Below are positions 9,811 to 20,030 of a stretch of 64,000 bases of DNA, one piece after another; position 1 is the first letter of the stretch, and every line of letters starts with the position of its first letter. The position numbers and the translations under genes are program-made. Below the pieces are notes generated by a model. The model was not told the origin of the DNA and did no database searches. It worked only from the letters and a program-made list of their open reading frames with translations. The stretch is from Escherichia phage Ptacy1496. The DNA lies in the sequence record PQ863253.1. The stretch is one strand, 5' to 3'.

Positions 9811-10982
9811 TGAGTATGTTGCAACGCCCCGGATATCCAAATCTCAGCGTTAAATTATTTGAGAGTTATGACGCTTGGAGTAATAATAGATTTGTTGAAT
9901 TAGCTGCTACTATTACCACATTAACTATGCGGGATTCTCTTTATGGTCGAAATGAAGGAATGCTACAATTTTATGATTCTAAAAATATCCATACAAAAAT
10001 GGATGGAAATGAAATAATTCAGATTTCTGTAGCTAATGCAAACGATATTAATAATGTTAAAACAAGAATTTATGGATGTAAGCATTTTTCTGTATCTGTA
10101 GATTCAAAAGGTGATAACATCATTGCTATTGAATTGGGAACTATTCATTCTATAGAAAATCTTAAATTTGGTAGACCATTTTTCCCTGATGCAGGTGAAT
10201 CTATAAAAGAAATGCTTGGTGTCATTTATCAAGACCGCACATTATTAACTCCAGCAATAAATGCTATAAATGCTTATGTTCCTGATATTCCATGGACTAG
10301 CACATTTGAAAACTATTTGTCATATGTAAGAGAAGTTGCTCTAGCGGTAGGAAGCGATAAGTTCGTATTTGTATGGCAAGACATCATGGGAGTTAACATG
10401 ATGGACTATGATATGATGATAAATCAAGAACCATATCCAATGATTGTAGGTGAGCCAACTTTAATAGGTCAATTCGTCCAAGAATTGAAATATCCATTAG
10501 CATATGATTTTGTTTGGTTGACTAAATCAAACCCGCATAAACGTGATCCAATGAAAAATGCTACTATCTATGCTCATTCGTTTTTAGATTCTTCACTGCC
10601 AATGATTACTACAGGAAAGGGTGAAAACTCTATTGTAGTGTCAAGGTCAGGTGCTTATTCTGAAATGACTTATAGAAATGGATATGAAGAAGCTATTCGT
10701 CTTCAGACTATGGCGCAATATGATGGCTATGCTAAATGTTCTACTGTCGGTAATTTTAACTTGACTCCTGGTGTTAAAATTATTTTTAATGATAGTAAAA
10801 ACCAATTTAAAACAGAATTTTACGTTGATGAAGTTATTCACGAATTATCAAATAATAATTCCGTAACTCATCTTTACATGTTCACTAATGCAACGAAACT
10901 GGAAACAATCGACCCAGTTAAGGTTAAAAATGAATTTAAAACTGATACTACCACTGAAGAAAGTAGTTCTTCCGATAAGTAA
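9810..10982 (+). CDS. 27: Baseplate hub protein gp27
   Basis: 390 aa; position and size as T4 gp27. Confidence 0.9.
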   Translation: MSMLQRPGYPNLSVKLFESYDAWSNNRFVELAATITTLTMRDSLYGRNEGMLQFYDSKNIHTKMDGNEIIQISVANANDINNVKTRIYGCKHFSVSVDSKGDNIIAIELGTIHSIENLKFGRPFFPDAGESIKEMLGVIYQDRTLLTPAINAINAYVPDIPWTSTFENYLSYVREVALAVGSDKFVFVWQDIMGVNMMDYDMMINQEPYPMIVGEPTLIGQFVQELKYPLAYDFVWLTKSNPHKRDPMKNATIYAHSFLDSSLPMITTGKGENSIVVSRSGAYSEMTYRNGYEEAIRLQTMAQYDGYAKCSTVGNFNLTPGVKIIFNDSKNQFKTEFYVDEVIHELSNNNSVTHLYMFTNATKLETIDPVKVKNEFKTDTTTEESSSSDK

Positions 10983-11463
10983 TAAAGAAGTTTCTATTCC
11001 TAAGATGGGTCTTAAACATTATAACATTTTAAAAGATGTTAAAGGTCCTGATGAAAATTTAAAGCTTCTTATTGATTCTATTTGTCCAAATTTATCACCG
11101 GCAGAAGTTGATTTCGTTTCTATTCATTTGCTAGAATTTAATGGAAAGATTAAATCTCGTAAAGAAATAGATGGTTATACTTATGATATTAATGACGTTT
11201 ATGTATGCCAAAGATTGGAATTTCAATACCAAGGAAATACATTTTATTTTAGACCTCCTGGAAAATTTGAACAATTTTTAACTGTAAGCGATATGTTATC
11301 CAAATGCTTGCTTAAGATCAATGATGAAGTTAAAGAAATTAATTTTCTTGAGATGCCAGCATTTGTTTTAAAATGGGCAAATGATATTTCTACAACTTTA
11401 GCAATTCCTGGCCCTAATGGTCCAATAACCGGAATTGGCAATATTATTGGATTATTTGAATGA
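10930..11463 (+). CDS. 28: Baseplate hub distal protein gp28
   Basis: 177 aa from internal ATG at 10930 with AGG RBS; overlaps end of gene 27. Confidence 0.8.
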   Translation: MNLKLILPLKKVVLPISNKEVSIPKMGLKHYNILKDVKGPDENLKLLIDSICPNLSPAEVDFVSIHLLEFNGKIKSRKEIDGYTYDINDVYVCQRLEFQYQGNTFYFRPPGKFEQFLTVSDMLSKCLLKINDEVKEINFLEMPAFVLKWANDISTTLAIPGPNGPITGIGNIIGLFE

Positions 11464-13232
11464 AAAAGCCACAAGAAATGCAAACGATGCGTAGAAAAGT
11501 TATTTCAGATAATAAACCAACACAGGAAGCGGCTAAATCCGCTTCTAATACTTTATCTGGTCTTAATAACATTTCTACAAAATTAGATGATGCTCAAGCT
11601 GCTTCTGAATTAATAGCTCAGACTGTTGAAGAAAAATCAAATGAAATAGTTGGAGCAATTGATAACGTTGAAAGCGCAGTAAGTGATACTACTGCCGGTT
11701 CTGAGTTAATTGCCGAGACTGTTGAAATTGGCAATAATATCAATAAAGAAATAGGCGAATCACTCGGAAGCAAATTAGATAAATTAACGAGTTTATTAGA
11801 ACAAAAAATTCAAACAGCTGGAATTCAACAGACTGGAACGAGTTTAGCAGTAGTCGAAAATGCTATTCCTGTTAAAGTTGTTGAGGACGATACAGCTGAA
11901 TCCGTGGGTCCTTTATTACCAGCTCCTGAAGCAGTTAATAATGATCCTGACGCTGATTTTTTCCCTGCCCCTCAACCAGTTGAACCTAAGCGAGAGTCAC
12001 CGGAAGAAAAACAGAAAAAAGAAGCATTTAATTTAAAATTATCTCAAGCTTTAGATAAATTAACAAAGACTGTTGATTTTGGATTTAAAAAATCCATTTC
12101 AATTACTGATAAAATATCAAGCATGCTATTTAAGTATACTGTCAGTGCTGCTATTGAAGCTGCTAAAATGGTTGCATTAATAATGGCTGTTGTTATTGGA
12201 ATAGACCTACTGATGGTTCATTTTAAATATTGGTCAGATAAATTTTCAAAAGCCTGGGATTTGTTTAGCACTGATTTTAAAACTTTTTCAAGCGAAACCG
12301 GAACTTGGGGTCCTTTATTACAGAGCATCTTTGAATCTATTGATGAAATTAAAAAGTTCTGGGAAGCGGGAGATTGGGGCGGTTTGACGGTAGCTATTGT
12401 AGAAGGGCTTGGAAAGGTTCTTTATAATTTAGGAGAACTTATTCAGCTTGGAATGGCTAAATTATCAGCAGCAATTCTTCGAGTTATTCCTGGTATGAAA
12501 GATACTGCTGACGAAGTAGAAGGAAGAGCACTGGAAAATTTCCAAAATTCTACTGGAGCATCTCTCAATAAAGAAGACCAGGAAAAAGTTGCGAATTATC
12601 AAGATAAACGAATGAATGGAGACCTTGGTCCGATAGCAGAAGGACTAGACAAAATTGCGAACTGGAAAACTCGTGCATCTAACTGGATTCGTGGTGTTGA
12701 TAATAAAGAAGCATTGACAACTGATGAAGAACGCGCAGCAGAAGAAGAAAAATTAAAGCAGCTTTCACCAGAAGAAAGAAAAAATGCTTTAATGAAGGCT
12801 AATGAAGCCCGTGCCGCGATGATTCGTTTTGAAAAATATGCTGATTCAGCTGATATGAGTAAAGACTCAACGGTTAAATCAGTTGAAGCTGCCTATGAAG
12901 ACCTTAAAAAACGAATGGATGACCCGGATTTAAATAATTCACCGGCAGTTAAAAAAGAACTTGCTGCTAGATTTTCTAAAATTGATGCTACTTATCAAGA
13001 GCTCAAGAAAAATCAGCCTAATGCCAAACCTCAAACTTCTGCTAAATCGCCAGAAGCAAAACAAGTCCAGGTAATAGAAAAGAACAAAGCACAGCAAGCT
13101 CCTATTCAACAAGCATCTCCTTCAATCAATAATACTAATAATGTTATTAAGAAAAATACTGTCGTTCATAATATGACACCCGTAACGAGCACGACTGCTC
13201 CTGGTGTATTTGATGCGACTGGAGTTAATTAA
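11460..13232 (+). CDS. 29: Baseplate hub / tail length determinator gp29
   Basis: 590 aa; size and position as T4 gp29. Confidence 0.9.
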   Translation: MKKPQEMQTMRRKVISDNKPTQEAAKSASNTLSGLNNISTKLDDAQAASELIAQTVEEKSNEIVGAIDNVESAVSDTTAGSELIAETVEIGNNINKEIGESLGSKLDKLTSLLEQKIQTAGIQQTGTSLAVVENAIPVKVVEDDTAESVGPLLPAPEAVNNDPDADFFPAPQPVEPKRESPEEKQKKEAFNLKLSQALDKLTKTVDFGFKKSISITDKISSMLFKYTVSAAIEAAKMVALIMAVVIGIDLLMVHFKYWSDKFSKAWDLFSTDFKTFSSETGTWGPLLQSIFESIDEIKKFWEAGDWGGLTVAIVEGLGKVLYNLGELIQLGMAKLSAAILRVIPGMKDTADEVEGRALENFQNSTGASLNKEDQEKVANYQDKRMNGDLGPIAEGLDKIANWKTRASNWIRGVDNKEALTTDEERAAEEEKLKQLSPEERKNALMKANEARAAMIRFEKYADSADMSKDSTVKSVEAAYEDLKKRMDDPDLNNSPAVKKELAARFSKIDATYQELKKNQPNAKPQTSAKSPEAKQVQVIEKNKAQQAPIQQASPSINNTNNVIKKNTVVHNMTPVTSTTAPGVFDATGVN

Positions 13233-13240
13233 GGAATAAT

Positions 13241-14335
13241 ATGGCAATTGTTAAAGAAATAACTGCTGATTTAATTAAAAAGTCCGGTGAGAAAATTTCA
13301 GCCGGACAGAGTACTAAATCAGAAGTAGCAACTAAAACATACACTGCCCAGTTTCCAACTGGGCGTGCTAGTGGTAATGACACTACAGGGGACTTCCAGG
13401 TAACAGATCTATATAAGAATGGATTATTATTTACTGCATACAATATGTCATCTAGGGATTCTGGAAGTCTTAGAACGATGAGATCTAACTACTCTTCTTC
13501 ATCTTCGAGTATTTTACGTACAGCCAGAAACACTATCAGTAATACAGTATCAAAACTATCAAATGGACTAATATCAGATAATAATTCAGGAACAATAAGT
13601 AAAGTTCCTGTTGCAAATATTCTTTTACCTAGATCTAAATCTGACGTCGATACGTCATCACATAGATTTAATGATGTTCAAGATAGTCTTATTACAAAAG
13701 GTGGAGGTACTGCTACTGGTGTGCTAAGCAATATGGCTTCAACCGCAGTATTTGGAGCGCTGGAAAGTATAACACAAGGTATAATGGCTGATAATAATGA
13801 ACAGATTTATACGACAGCCAGAAGCATGTACGGCGGTGCTGAAAATAGAACTAAAGTGTTCACTTGGGATTTGACTCCGCGCTCAACAGAAGATTTAATG
13901 GCTATTATTAATATCTATCAGTATTTTAACTATTTTTCTTACGGTGAAACTGGTAAATCTCAATATGCTGCTGAAATAAAAGGATATCTAGATGAGTGGT
14001 ACCGTTCTACTTTTATTGAGCCGTTAACTCCAGAAGATGCAGTTAAAAATAAGACGTTATTTGAGAAAATGACATCGAGTTTAACTAACGTTCTTGTAGT
14101 TTCAAACCCGACAATTTGGATGGTGAAAAACTTTGGTGCAACATCTAAGTTTGATGGAAAAACGGAAATATTCGGTCCATGTCAAATCCAGAGTATCAGA
14201 TTTGATAAAACACCTAATGGTAACTTTAACGGATTAGCTATTGCTCCAAATCTCCCTAGTACATTTACTCTCGAGATTACTATGAGAGAAATTATCACGT
14301 TAAACCGTGCTTCTTTATATGCGGGGACTTTTTAA
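13241..14335 (+). CDS. 48: Baseplate tail-tube junction protein gp48
   Basis: 364 aa; size and position as T4 gp48. Confidence 0.9.
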   Translation: MAIVKEITADLIKKSGEKISAGQSTKSEVATKTYTAQFPTGRASGNDTTGDFQVTDLYKNGLLFTAYNMSSRDSGSLRTMRSNYSSSSSSILRTARNTISNTVSKLSNGLISDNNSGTISKVPVANILLPRSKSDVDTSSHRFNDVQDSLITKGGGTATGVLSNMASTAVFGALESITQGIMADNNEQIYTTARSMYGGAENRTKVFTWDLTPRSTEDLMAIINIYQYFNYFSYGETGKSQYAAEIKGYLDEWYRSTFIEPLTPEDAVKNKTLFEKMTSSLTNVLVVSNPTIWMVKNFGATSKFDGKTEIFGPCQIQSIRFDKTPNGNFNGLAIAPNLPSTFTLEITMREIITLNRASLYAGTF

Positions 14336-15300
14336 TGTATTCTTTAGAGGAATTTAATAATCAAGCAATAAACGCAGATTTCCAACGTAATAATATGTTC
14401 AGCTGTGTTTTTGCTACAACTCCATCAACTAAAAGCTCTTCGTTGATAAGTTCAATTAGCAACTTTTCTTATAATAACTTGGGCCTAAATTCAGATTGGT
14501 TAGGATTAACTCAAGGCGATATTAATCAGGGAATTACTACGCTAATTACAGCTGGCACACAAAAACTGATAAGAAAATCAGGGGTTAGTAAATATCTTAT
14601 TGGTGCCATGAGTCAACGTACAGTTCAAAGTTTATTAGGCTCATTTACAGTTGGTACATATTTAATTGACTTCTTTAACATGGCATATAACTCATCTGGA
14701 TTGATGATATACTCTGTAAAAATGCCAGAGAATAGATTATCCTATGAAACTGACTGGAACTATAATTCTCCTAATATTCGTATAACTGGGAGAGAATTAG
14801 ACCCTTTGGTTATTTCATTCAGAATGGATTCAGAAGCTTGTAACTATCGTGCAATGCAAGACTGGGTTAACGCTGTTCAAGACCCAGTAACTGGATTGCG
14901 TGCTTTGCCGCAAGATGTCGAGGCTGATATTCAGGTTAATCTTCATTCTCGCAATGGATTACCACATACTGCGGTGATGTTCACTGGATGCATTCCAGTG
15001 TCCGTAAGCGCTCCTGAGTTATCATATGATGGAGATAACCAAATAACTACATTTGATGTTACTTTTGCGTATAGAGTCATGCAGGCTGGAGCAGTTGATA
15101 GACAAGCTGCGCTTGAATGGCTTGAATCTGCTGCTATAAATGGTATTCAAAGCGTTCTCGGAAATAGTGGAGGTGTCACTGGACTATCTAATTCGCTTTC
15201 ACGACTTAGTAGATTAGGGGGAACTGCAGGAAGCATTTCAAATATTAACACTATGACAGGAATTGTCAATTCGCAAAGTAAAATATTAGGAGCAATATAA
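14335..15300 (+). CDS. 54: Baseplate tail-tube initiator gp54
   Basis: 321 aa; size and position as T4 gp54. Confidence 0.9.
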   Translation: MYSLEEFNNQAINADFQRNNMFSCVFATTPSTKSSSLISSISNFSYNNLGLNSDWLGLTQGDINQGITTLITAGTQKLIRKSGVSKYLIGAMSQRTVQSLLGSFTVGTYLIDFFNMAYNSSGLMIYSVKMPENRLSYETDWNYNSPNIRITGRELDPLVISFRMDSEACNYRAMQDWVNAVQDPVTGLRALPQDVEADIQVNLHSRNGLPHTAVMFTGCIPVSVSAPELSYDGDNQITTFDVTFAYRVMQAGAVDRQAALEWLESAAINGIQSVLGNSGGVTGLSNSLSRLSRLGGTAGSISNINTMTGIVNSQSKILGAI

Positions 15301-15304
15301 CAAT

Positions 15305-15333
15305 GGGGACCTTTCGGTCCCCATATTTTTATT
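15305..15333 (+). terminator. Rho-independent terminator GGGGACC-TTTC-GGTCCCC plus T-run after gene 54
   Basis: 7 bp GC stem followed by ATATTTTTATTT. Confidence 0.7.
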
Positions 15334-15619
15334 TACGGAATGAAATGAAAGCAGCAACTGAAGCAACTAAACTGTCTTCAATATAAACTTCAATTTTTAC
15401 CGGAGCTTCTGACTCAAATTTACCTGTTACTACACCCTGAAAAATACTTTCAGTCTGTTCTGGCTTTGAAAAATTTTCAGAAGGAAAAATTCCGAACTTT
15501 TTATCTGTTCCAAAAATTTTGATAAATTCATCGTAAACTGCTTCATTAAAAGCATTATCAGCAGGAATAACGCCTTCAACTACAAGTTCTTGACCTAAAA
15601 AGCGCAAAGAAGATTTCAT
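15329..15619 (-). CDS. Hypothetical protein, 96 aa (alt.-3 position)
   Basis: ORF with GAGG RBS; driven by early promoter copy at 15628-15680. Confidence 0.65.
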   Translation of the reverse strand: MKSSLRFLGQELVVEGVIPADNAFNEAVYDEFIKIFGTDKKFGIFPSENFSKPEQTESIFQGVVTGKFESEAPVKIEVYIEDSLVASVAAFISFRK

Positions 15620-15627
15620 TTTGTGTT

Positions 15628-15680
15628 CCTCATGTTATGTCAGTAAGACTACTATAACACAACACGAGGGACTTGTAAAC
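15628..15680 (-). promoter_or_regulatory. Early promoter cassette (-35 GTTTACA, 17 nt spacer, -10 TATAGT); 53 bp, 52 of 53 identical to the alc promoter region at 30886-30938
   Basis: Direct comparison of the two segments in the sequence. Confidence 0.65.
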
Positions 15681-17737
15681 TACATCTTGAACTTTTTAGA
15701 CATTCCGTTGATGTTAACCAAAGAAGCTAAGATTTGAGAAACTTCGTTTTCCTCTTCTTTTGATTCTTCTACAAGGAATTGATTAAATCCAGCCATTGGA
15801 CGAACTTCACCAGTTTCCATTAGATGGTCGCCATCATATACTGATTCTTCTAATTGTTCAGAAGGAGGAACGATTGTACCTTCGATTAGATACTTGTTAT
15901 AAGCAGTTTCTTTCATAAAGTAAGTACTTACTTTATTAATCTTCAGTAAAATTCCACGTGGTAGAATAACTTCAGCTTCTGACGGAAATCCTGATAAATG
16001 ACCCGGAACGATAACTTTGATTCGCTCAGCTCCTTTAATTACCATACCCACGCTAGTTTCAGCATCTTCATTAGCATATGTAGAATGACTACCCATATGC
16101 ATCAAATCTTCTGCATCAACGGAACCTTCTCCTTCACCAGAAAATACTGCGCCGGAATCATCTAGAGCCATATAGTTTTTACCATGCTCACCGAAGATAT
16201 TTGGTTTAAGCGATGTGGATACGAAGTTCTTGAAATAGAACATTTTATTTTCAATGTTATGACGCAAAGTTTTAAAGGTAACTTCTTGTCCACGGTAAAG
16301 TGTAGTTCCTGGAGGAAGAACTGAACCTTTAGCGAATGCAGAATCAAGCGTCTCAATATGTTTAATAGCTCGTTCCATATATTCTTCACGGGTAGAATCT
16401 GGTTTACCCAAAAGGAACGAGTTCATTTCAACATATGAATCTGCACAATAATCTTCAATTACATCAGATTCAGCTTGAGTTAATCCTTTTGGAGTTACTT
16501 CAGTGCTTGCGTATTCATATGCCTGAGCAGCAGATTCATTAATCAATTTATAAATGCCATTCATGACAAATTGAATAATAGCTGTCTTTTCATCTGGCGT
16601 AGCTTTAGAACCTTTAACCAAATCATTGATAATTTTCTTAATAACATCAAAGCTATTAGAAATATTAATATCAGCAAGATCGCTTAAAATTTTATCAGTC
16701 TTATAATCAAAGAATTCTTTATTCTTTAAATATTCTTGAGAACCTTGATATGTTATATCGCTCTGTAACTTGATAAATGGATCACGTAAACGTGCATGGG
16801 CTAATGCAATATGATTTCGGAAGCTTTCGAGTTCATAATCACTAGATTTAAAACGAGAAGCGCTTCTCATACCGCCTATAGCTCCTTTGCTGAAGTTTGA
16901 ACCAATTTGAATAACGCCAGAGTTCATTGGTCCTTCTGCTTTATACACCGGAACTTTAGATTCAAACTCTTGATATTTCTTAGCAGCGAAGCTATCACCC
17001 TGAAGTGAAGCATCAACAGTAGAATATTGAGCTTGTGCTGCTAATCGACGACTAATTTTAGTTTTCTGAATAACAGCTTGGTCCGTGCGCTTATCATTTT
17101 CTAAAGCAATAGAAGCAGCAACAGCGACAGCTTTAGGAACAGCATTTCCTGTTTTAACGTCTACATAAACATCACCGACCTTTGATTCAACTTTTGTGAA
17201 TAACTCAGTTGAAATAGGAGGTACACCTGGAATGTCTTCTAAATTGGCATTTTTACGATAAACCATAATATATGCGTACTTTTTATCATAATCCCAGATT
17301 TCCTTTAAAAGAACATATCGACCTGCTCCTTTAGTACGTACTAAACGGTCAGCAATAACTTGCATTTGACGAGCAGCGCCATTTGTTTTACTCTTTAGTA
17401 CGCGGAATAAGCATGCATCAATTTTATACTGTTTCATTGTTTGAAGAGCAGTATCAAAAACAGCGTTAATGACGCCAATTGGATTTCCACCCAAGTTTCT
17501 AAGTTTAACCAGTGATAATTTCTCGTTGACACCTATCATTACGATATGCATCATTTTATCGCCCGGCTTAACGTTTTTATTTGTATCACCTCCAGAGGTG
17601 TATGTACAAAATCTAAATCCAGGAAGCACGCTTTCTTCGCCGGCTTGAATAGCAAAAATTTGAGGTATTTTATGCTTAGGATTTAAGTTAACAACCGGCG
17701 CCGAAGCGCCGTCAAATAATTCTGTAATAAGTTCCAT
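15680..17737 (-). CDS. Alt-like ADP-ribosyltransferase paralog (685 aa), tandem to alt
   Basis: N-terminal 230 aa and C-terminal tail closely similar to Alt; ART motifs retained (TLYRGQ, FYFKNFVSTSL, EAEVILPRG); central region divergent. Confidence 0.85.
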   Translation of the reverse strand: MELITELFDGASAPVVNLNPKHKIPQIFAIQAGEESVLPGFRFCTYTSGGDTNKNVKPGDKMMHIVMIGVNEKLSLVKLRNLGGNPIGVINAVFDTALQTMKQYKIDACLFRVLKSKTNGAARQMQVIADRLVRTKGAGRYVLLKEIWDYDKKYAYIMVYRKNANLEDIPGVPPISTELFTKVESKVGDVYVDVKTGNAVPKAVAVAASIALENDKRTDQAVIQKTKISRRLAAQAQYSTVDASLQGDSFAAKKYQEFESKVPVYKAEGPMNSGVIQIGSNFSKGAIGGMRSASRFKSSDYELESFRNHIALAHARLRDPFIKLQSDITYQGSQEYLKNKEFFDYKTDKILSDLADINISNSFDVIKKIINDLVKGSKATPDEKTAIIQFVMNGIYKLINESAAQAYEYASTEVTPKGLTQAESDVIEDYCADSYVEMNSFLLGKPDSTREEYMERAIKHIETLDSAFAKGSVLPPGTTLYRGQEVTFKTLRHNIENKMFYFKNFVSTSLKPNIFGEHGKNYMALDDSGAVFSGEGEGSVDAEDLMHMGSHSTYANEDAETSVGMVIKGAERIKVIVPGHLSGFPSEAEVILPRGILLKINKVSTYFMKETAYNKYLIEGTIVPPSEQLEESVYDGDHLMETGEVRPMAGFNQFLVEESKEEENEVSQILASLVNINGMSKKFKM

Positions 17738-17740
17738 GAT

Positions 17741-19789
17741 TTATCCTTGAACGAACTTGTAAGGCATGTTTGTAATATCTATGCAAGACGCAATAATTCC
17801 AAGAGATGATTCTACTTTCTGTTTAACATTTGATGAAACAAATGATGCAAAGTCAACTCTATCTTCTATATCACCTGTCATTGTAACTACTTCGCCGGTT
17901 TCCATTAAACGGTCACCGTCATAAATTACTGATTCGGTGAGTTCTTCGGTGGTCATAACTTCAGCTTGAATAAGCTTGTTGTTAGTTTTGACTGTTCCAT
18001 CATTGTAAGATGCATCAGTTATTTTATTAACTTTGACCATTAATCCACGTGGCAAAATGACTTCCATTTCATTTGAAGGCGCTAAACTTCCACCGGGTAA
18101 AACAACATTGACTTTATCAGCCCCAGTAATAACCCATCCAATTCCGACTAAATTATCGCTAGAATTAACAAGCCCTTCATCATTTTTATCGATAGAAATG
18201 TTTAGACGCTTTTCATCTGGTAAAACACCAACAGCTGAATCAGTCATCCAAGTACCAAAAATGTTTGGATATAATGATGTTGATACAAAATTTCTAAAAT
18301 AAAAAACTCGATTTTTTACCATTGCTTCGTATATTGAAGGTAACATTCGTTGTGAACGATACAAAGTAATACCTTTTGGTAATCGTTCACCATTTTTAAA
18401 GGCTGAATCTAAATTATCAATAGCTTTTTCTATGTCAGATGCTGTCAAAATACTTGTACGCTCATCTGGATTATATAATCCCAAAAGAGCATTATTTATG
18501 TCTACATATCCTGAACCTACGTATTCACGAATTCCGCGTTTTTGTGCTGGTGTGTATTTAGATGAATCTTTATTTTCGACTATAGGATGTAATGACCATC
18601 CAGCTGTAAGAGCATATCCACGTAATTCTCTTCGAATAATCTTTGTTTTTATTGCATTCCAAGAATTTTGTACTAACTCATTTGCAGCATCTTGGTTTAA
18701 ATGCGAATGTTTGTTAATATTTCTTTCAAACCAAGCACCTTTATATTTTTCTAAAGTATCATCGACGATAGAAGCAATAGTTTCTAAAGTTTTTATTGAA
18801 GTAATAGATTCTTTTCGTAATTTTTCTAAAGCTTTATTTTTTATTTCTGCATTAATAATGGATTCTTTATCTTCAGGAATTATAGAAGCTTCTCTGAATG
18901 CCATCCCAGCTGTAACATTGCTAAGAGCATTCTCTAGTGCAAATCCTGAAGTAGAAATTACCGTTAATTCATTAGAATCAGAAATTAAAGGCGCATCAGC
19001 GGGTTTATTTAATTCTGCTGCTGAAGCCTCAAATTTTTGAAACATCGGTGTTTCAAATCTAGAAGATTCCAATGACTGACTTTGTGCAATTGCTCTACGG
19101 GAAATTTTAACTTTAACGATTACAGCTTGGTCAGAACGTTTATCATTTTCTTGTGCAATAGATGCTGCAATTGCCTCATTTTTGGTTACTTGAGCTCCGG
19201 TATCTTTATTGATATAAACATCACCGACCTTCGATTCAACTTTAGTAAAGAGCTCGGTACTAATTTCCGGAACTCCTGGAATGTCTTCTAGTGATACATT
19301 TTTGCGATGTATAAGAATATATGCATACTTTTTATCATAATCCCAGAGTTCCTTAAGAAGGACGTATCTGCCACCTGAACGACTACGGATAAGTCTATCA
19401 GCAATAACTTGAATTTGTCGAGCTTGACCAGCGGTTTTAGACTTAAGAATACGAAGCATACAAGCATCAATTTTATACTGACGCATTGTTTGCATTGCAA
19501 CAGTAAAAACTGAATTGATATAATTAATTGGGCTTGGACCAAGACCTTTTAATTTAGCAATTGAACCTTTAGCGGTTAATGTAAAAGGAACAATATGCAT
19601 CATTTTATCGCCCATTTTTAAATCGCGATTAGTATCACCTCCAGATGTATAGGTACATAAACGAAAGCCTGGTTGTTCAATTGCATCATCAACATGAACT
19701 GAAAAAATTTGCGGTATTTTCTTCTTTGGATTTAAGTTTGTAATCGGAAGAGTAGTATCTTCGTCAAATAATTCTGTAATAAGTTCCAT
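17741..19789 (-). CDS. alt: Alt, head-packaged ADP-ribosyltransferase
   Basis: 682 aa from second ATG (better RBS spacing); recognised as T4 Alt; R-S-E type motifs (LYRSQ, FVSTSL, EMEVILPRG). Confidence 0.92.
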   Translation of the reverse strand: MELITELFDEDTTLPITNLNPKKKIPQIFSVHVDDAIEQPGFRLCTYTSGGDTNRDLKMGDKMMHIVPFTLTAKGSIAKLKGLGPSPINYINSVFTVAMQTMRQYKIDACMLRILKSKTAGQARQIQVIADRLIRSRSGGRYVLLKELWDYDKKYAYILIHRKNVSLEDIPGVPEISTELFTKVESKVGDVYINKDTGAQVTKNEAIAASIAQENDKRSDQAVIVKVKISRRAIAQSQSLESSRFETPMFQKFEASAAELNKPADAPLISDSNELTVISTSGFALENALSNVTAGMAFREASIIPEDKESIINAEIKNKALEKLRKESITSIKTLETIASIVDDTLEKYKGAWFERNINKHSHLNQDAANELVQNSWNAIKTKIIRRELRGYALTAGWSLHPIVENKDSSKYTPAQKRGIREYVGSGYVDINNALLGLYNPDERTSILTASDIEKAIDNLDSAFKNGERLPKGITLYRSQRMLPSIYEAMVKNRVFYFRNFVSTSLYPNIFGTWMTDSAVGVLPDEKRLNISIDKNDEGLVNSSDNLVGIGWVITGADKVNVVLPGGSLAPSNEMEVILPRGLMVKVNKITDASYNDGTVKTNNKLIQAEVMTTEELTESVIYDGDRLMETGEVVTMTGDIEDRVDFASFVSSNVKQKVESSLGIIASCIDITNMPYKFVQG

Positions 19790-19812
19790 CATAGCCTCTC
19801 TAGTGTTTATTC

Positions 19813-19820
19813 TATTTATA
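19813..19820 (-). promoter_or_regulatory. Late promoter TATAAATA upstream of alt
   Basis: tatttata on plus strand 24 nt upstream of alt start; Alt is a late, head-packaged protein. Confidence 0.6.
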
Positions 19821-19841
19821 AAATTAAAGGCCCGAAGGCCT

Positions 19842-20030
19842 TTAGTAATCTAGTGGTAAGAGAGTACGATATATTTCAAACTTTGGTCCTTTTTCATAGG
19901 CATCAAATGTTTCTGTAAATTTATTATAAGCGTATGCATCTACAAATTCGAGAATGACTTGTGATACAGAAGTAGAAACATCTCCACCTTCTTTTTGAGC
20001 AATGACAATTGTTTCTAAGTAAGCTTTCAT
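19842..20030 (-). CDS. Hypothetical protein, 62 aa
   Basis: ORF overlapping ligase stop by 4 nt. Confidence 0.5.
   Translation of the reverse strand: MKAYLETIVIAQKEGGDVSTSVSQVILEFVDAYAYNKFTETFDAYEKGPKFEIYRTLLPLDY

Noticed and set aside
18033-19291. Plus-strand ORFs antisense to alt
   Set aside because: Embedded in the Alt coding region on the opposite strand; the Alt frame is strongly supported by motifs.
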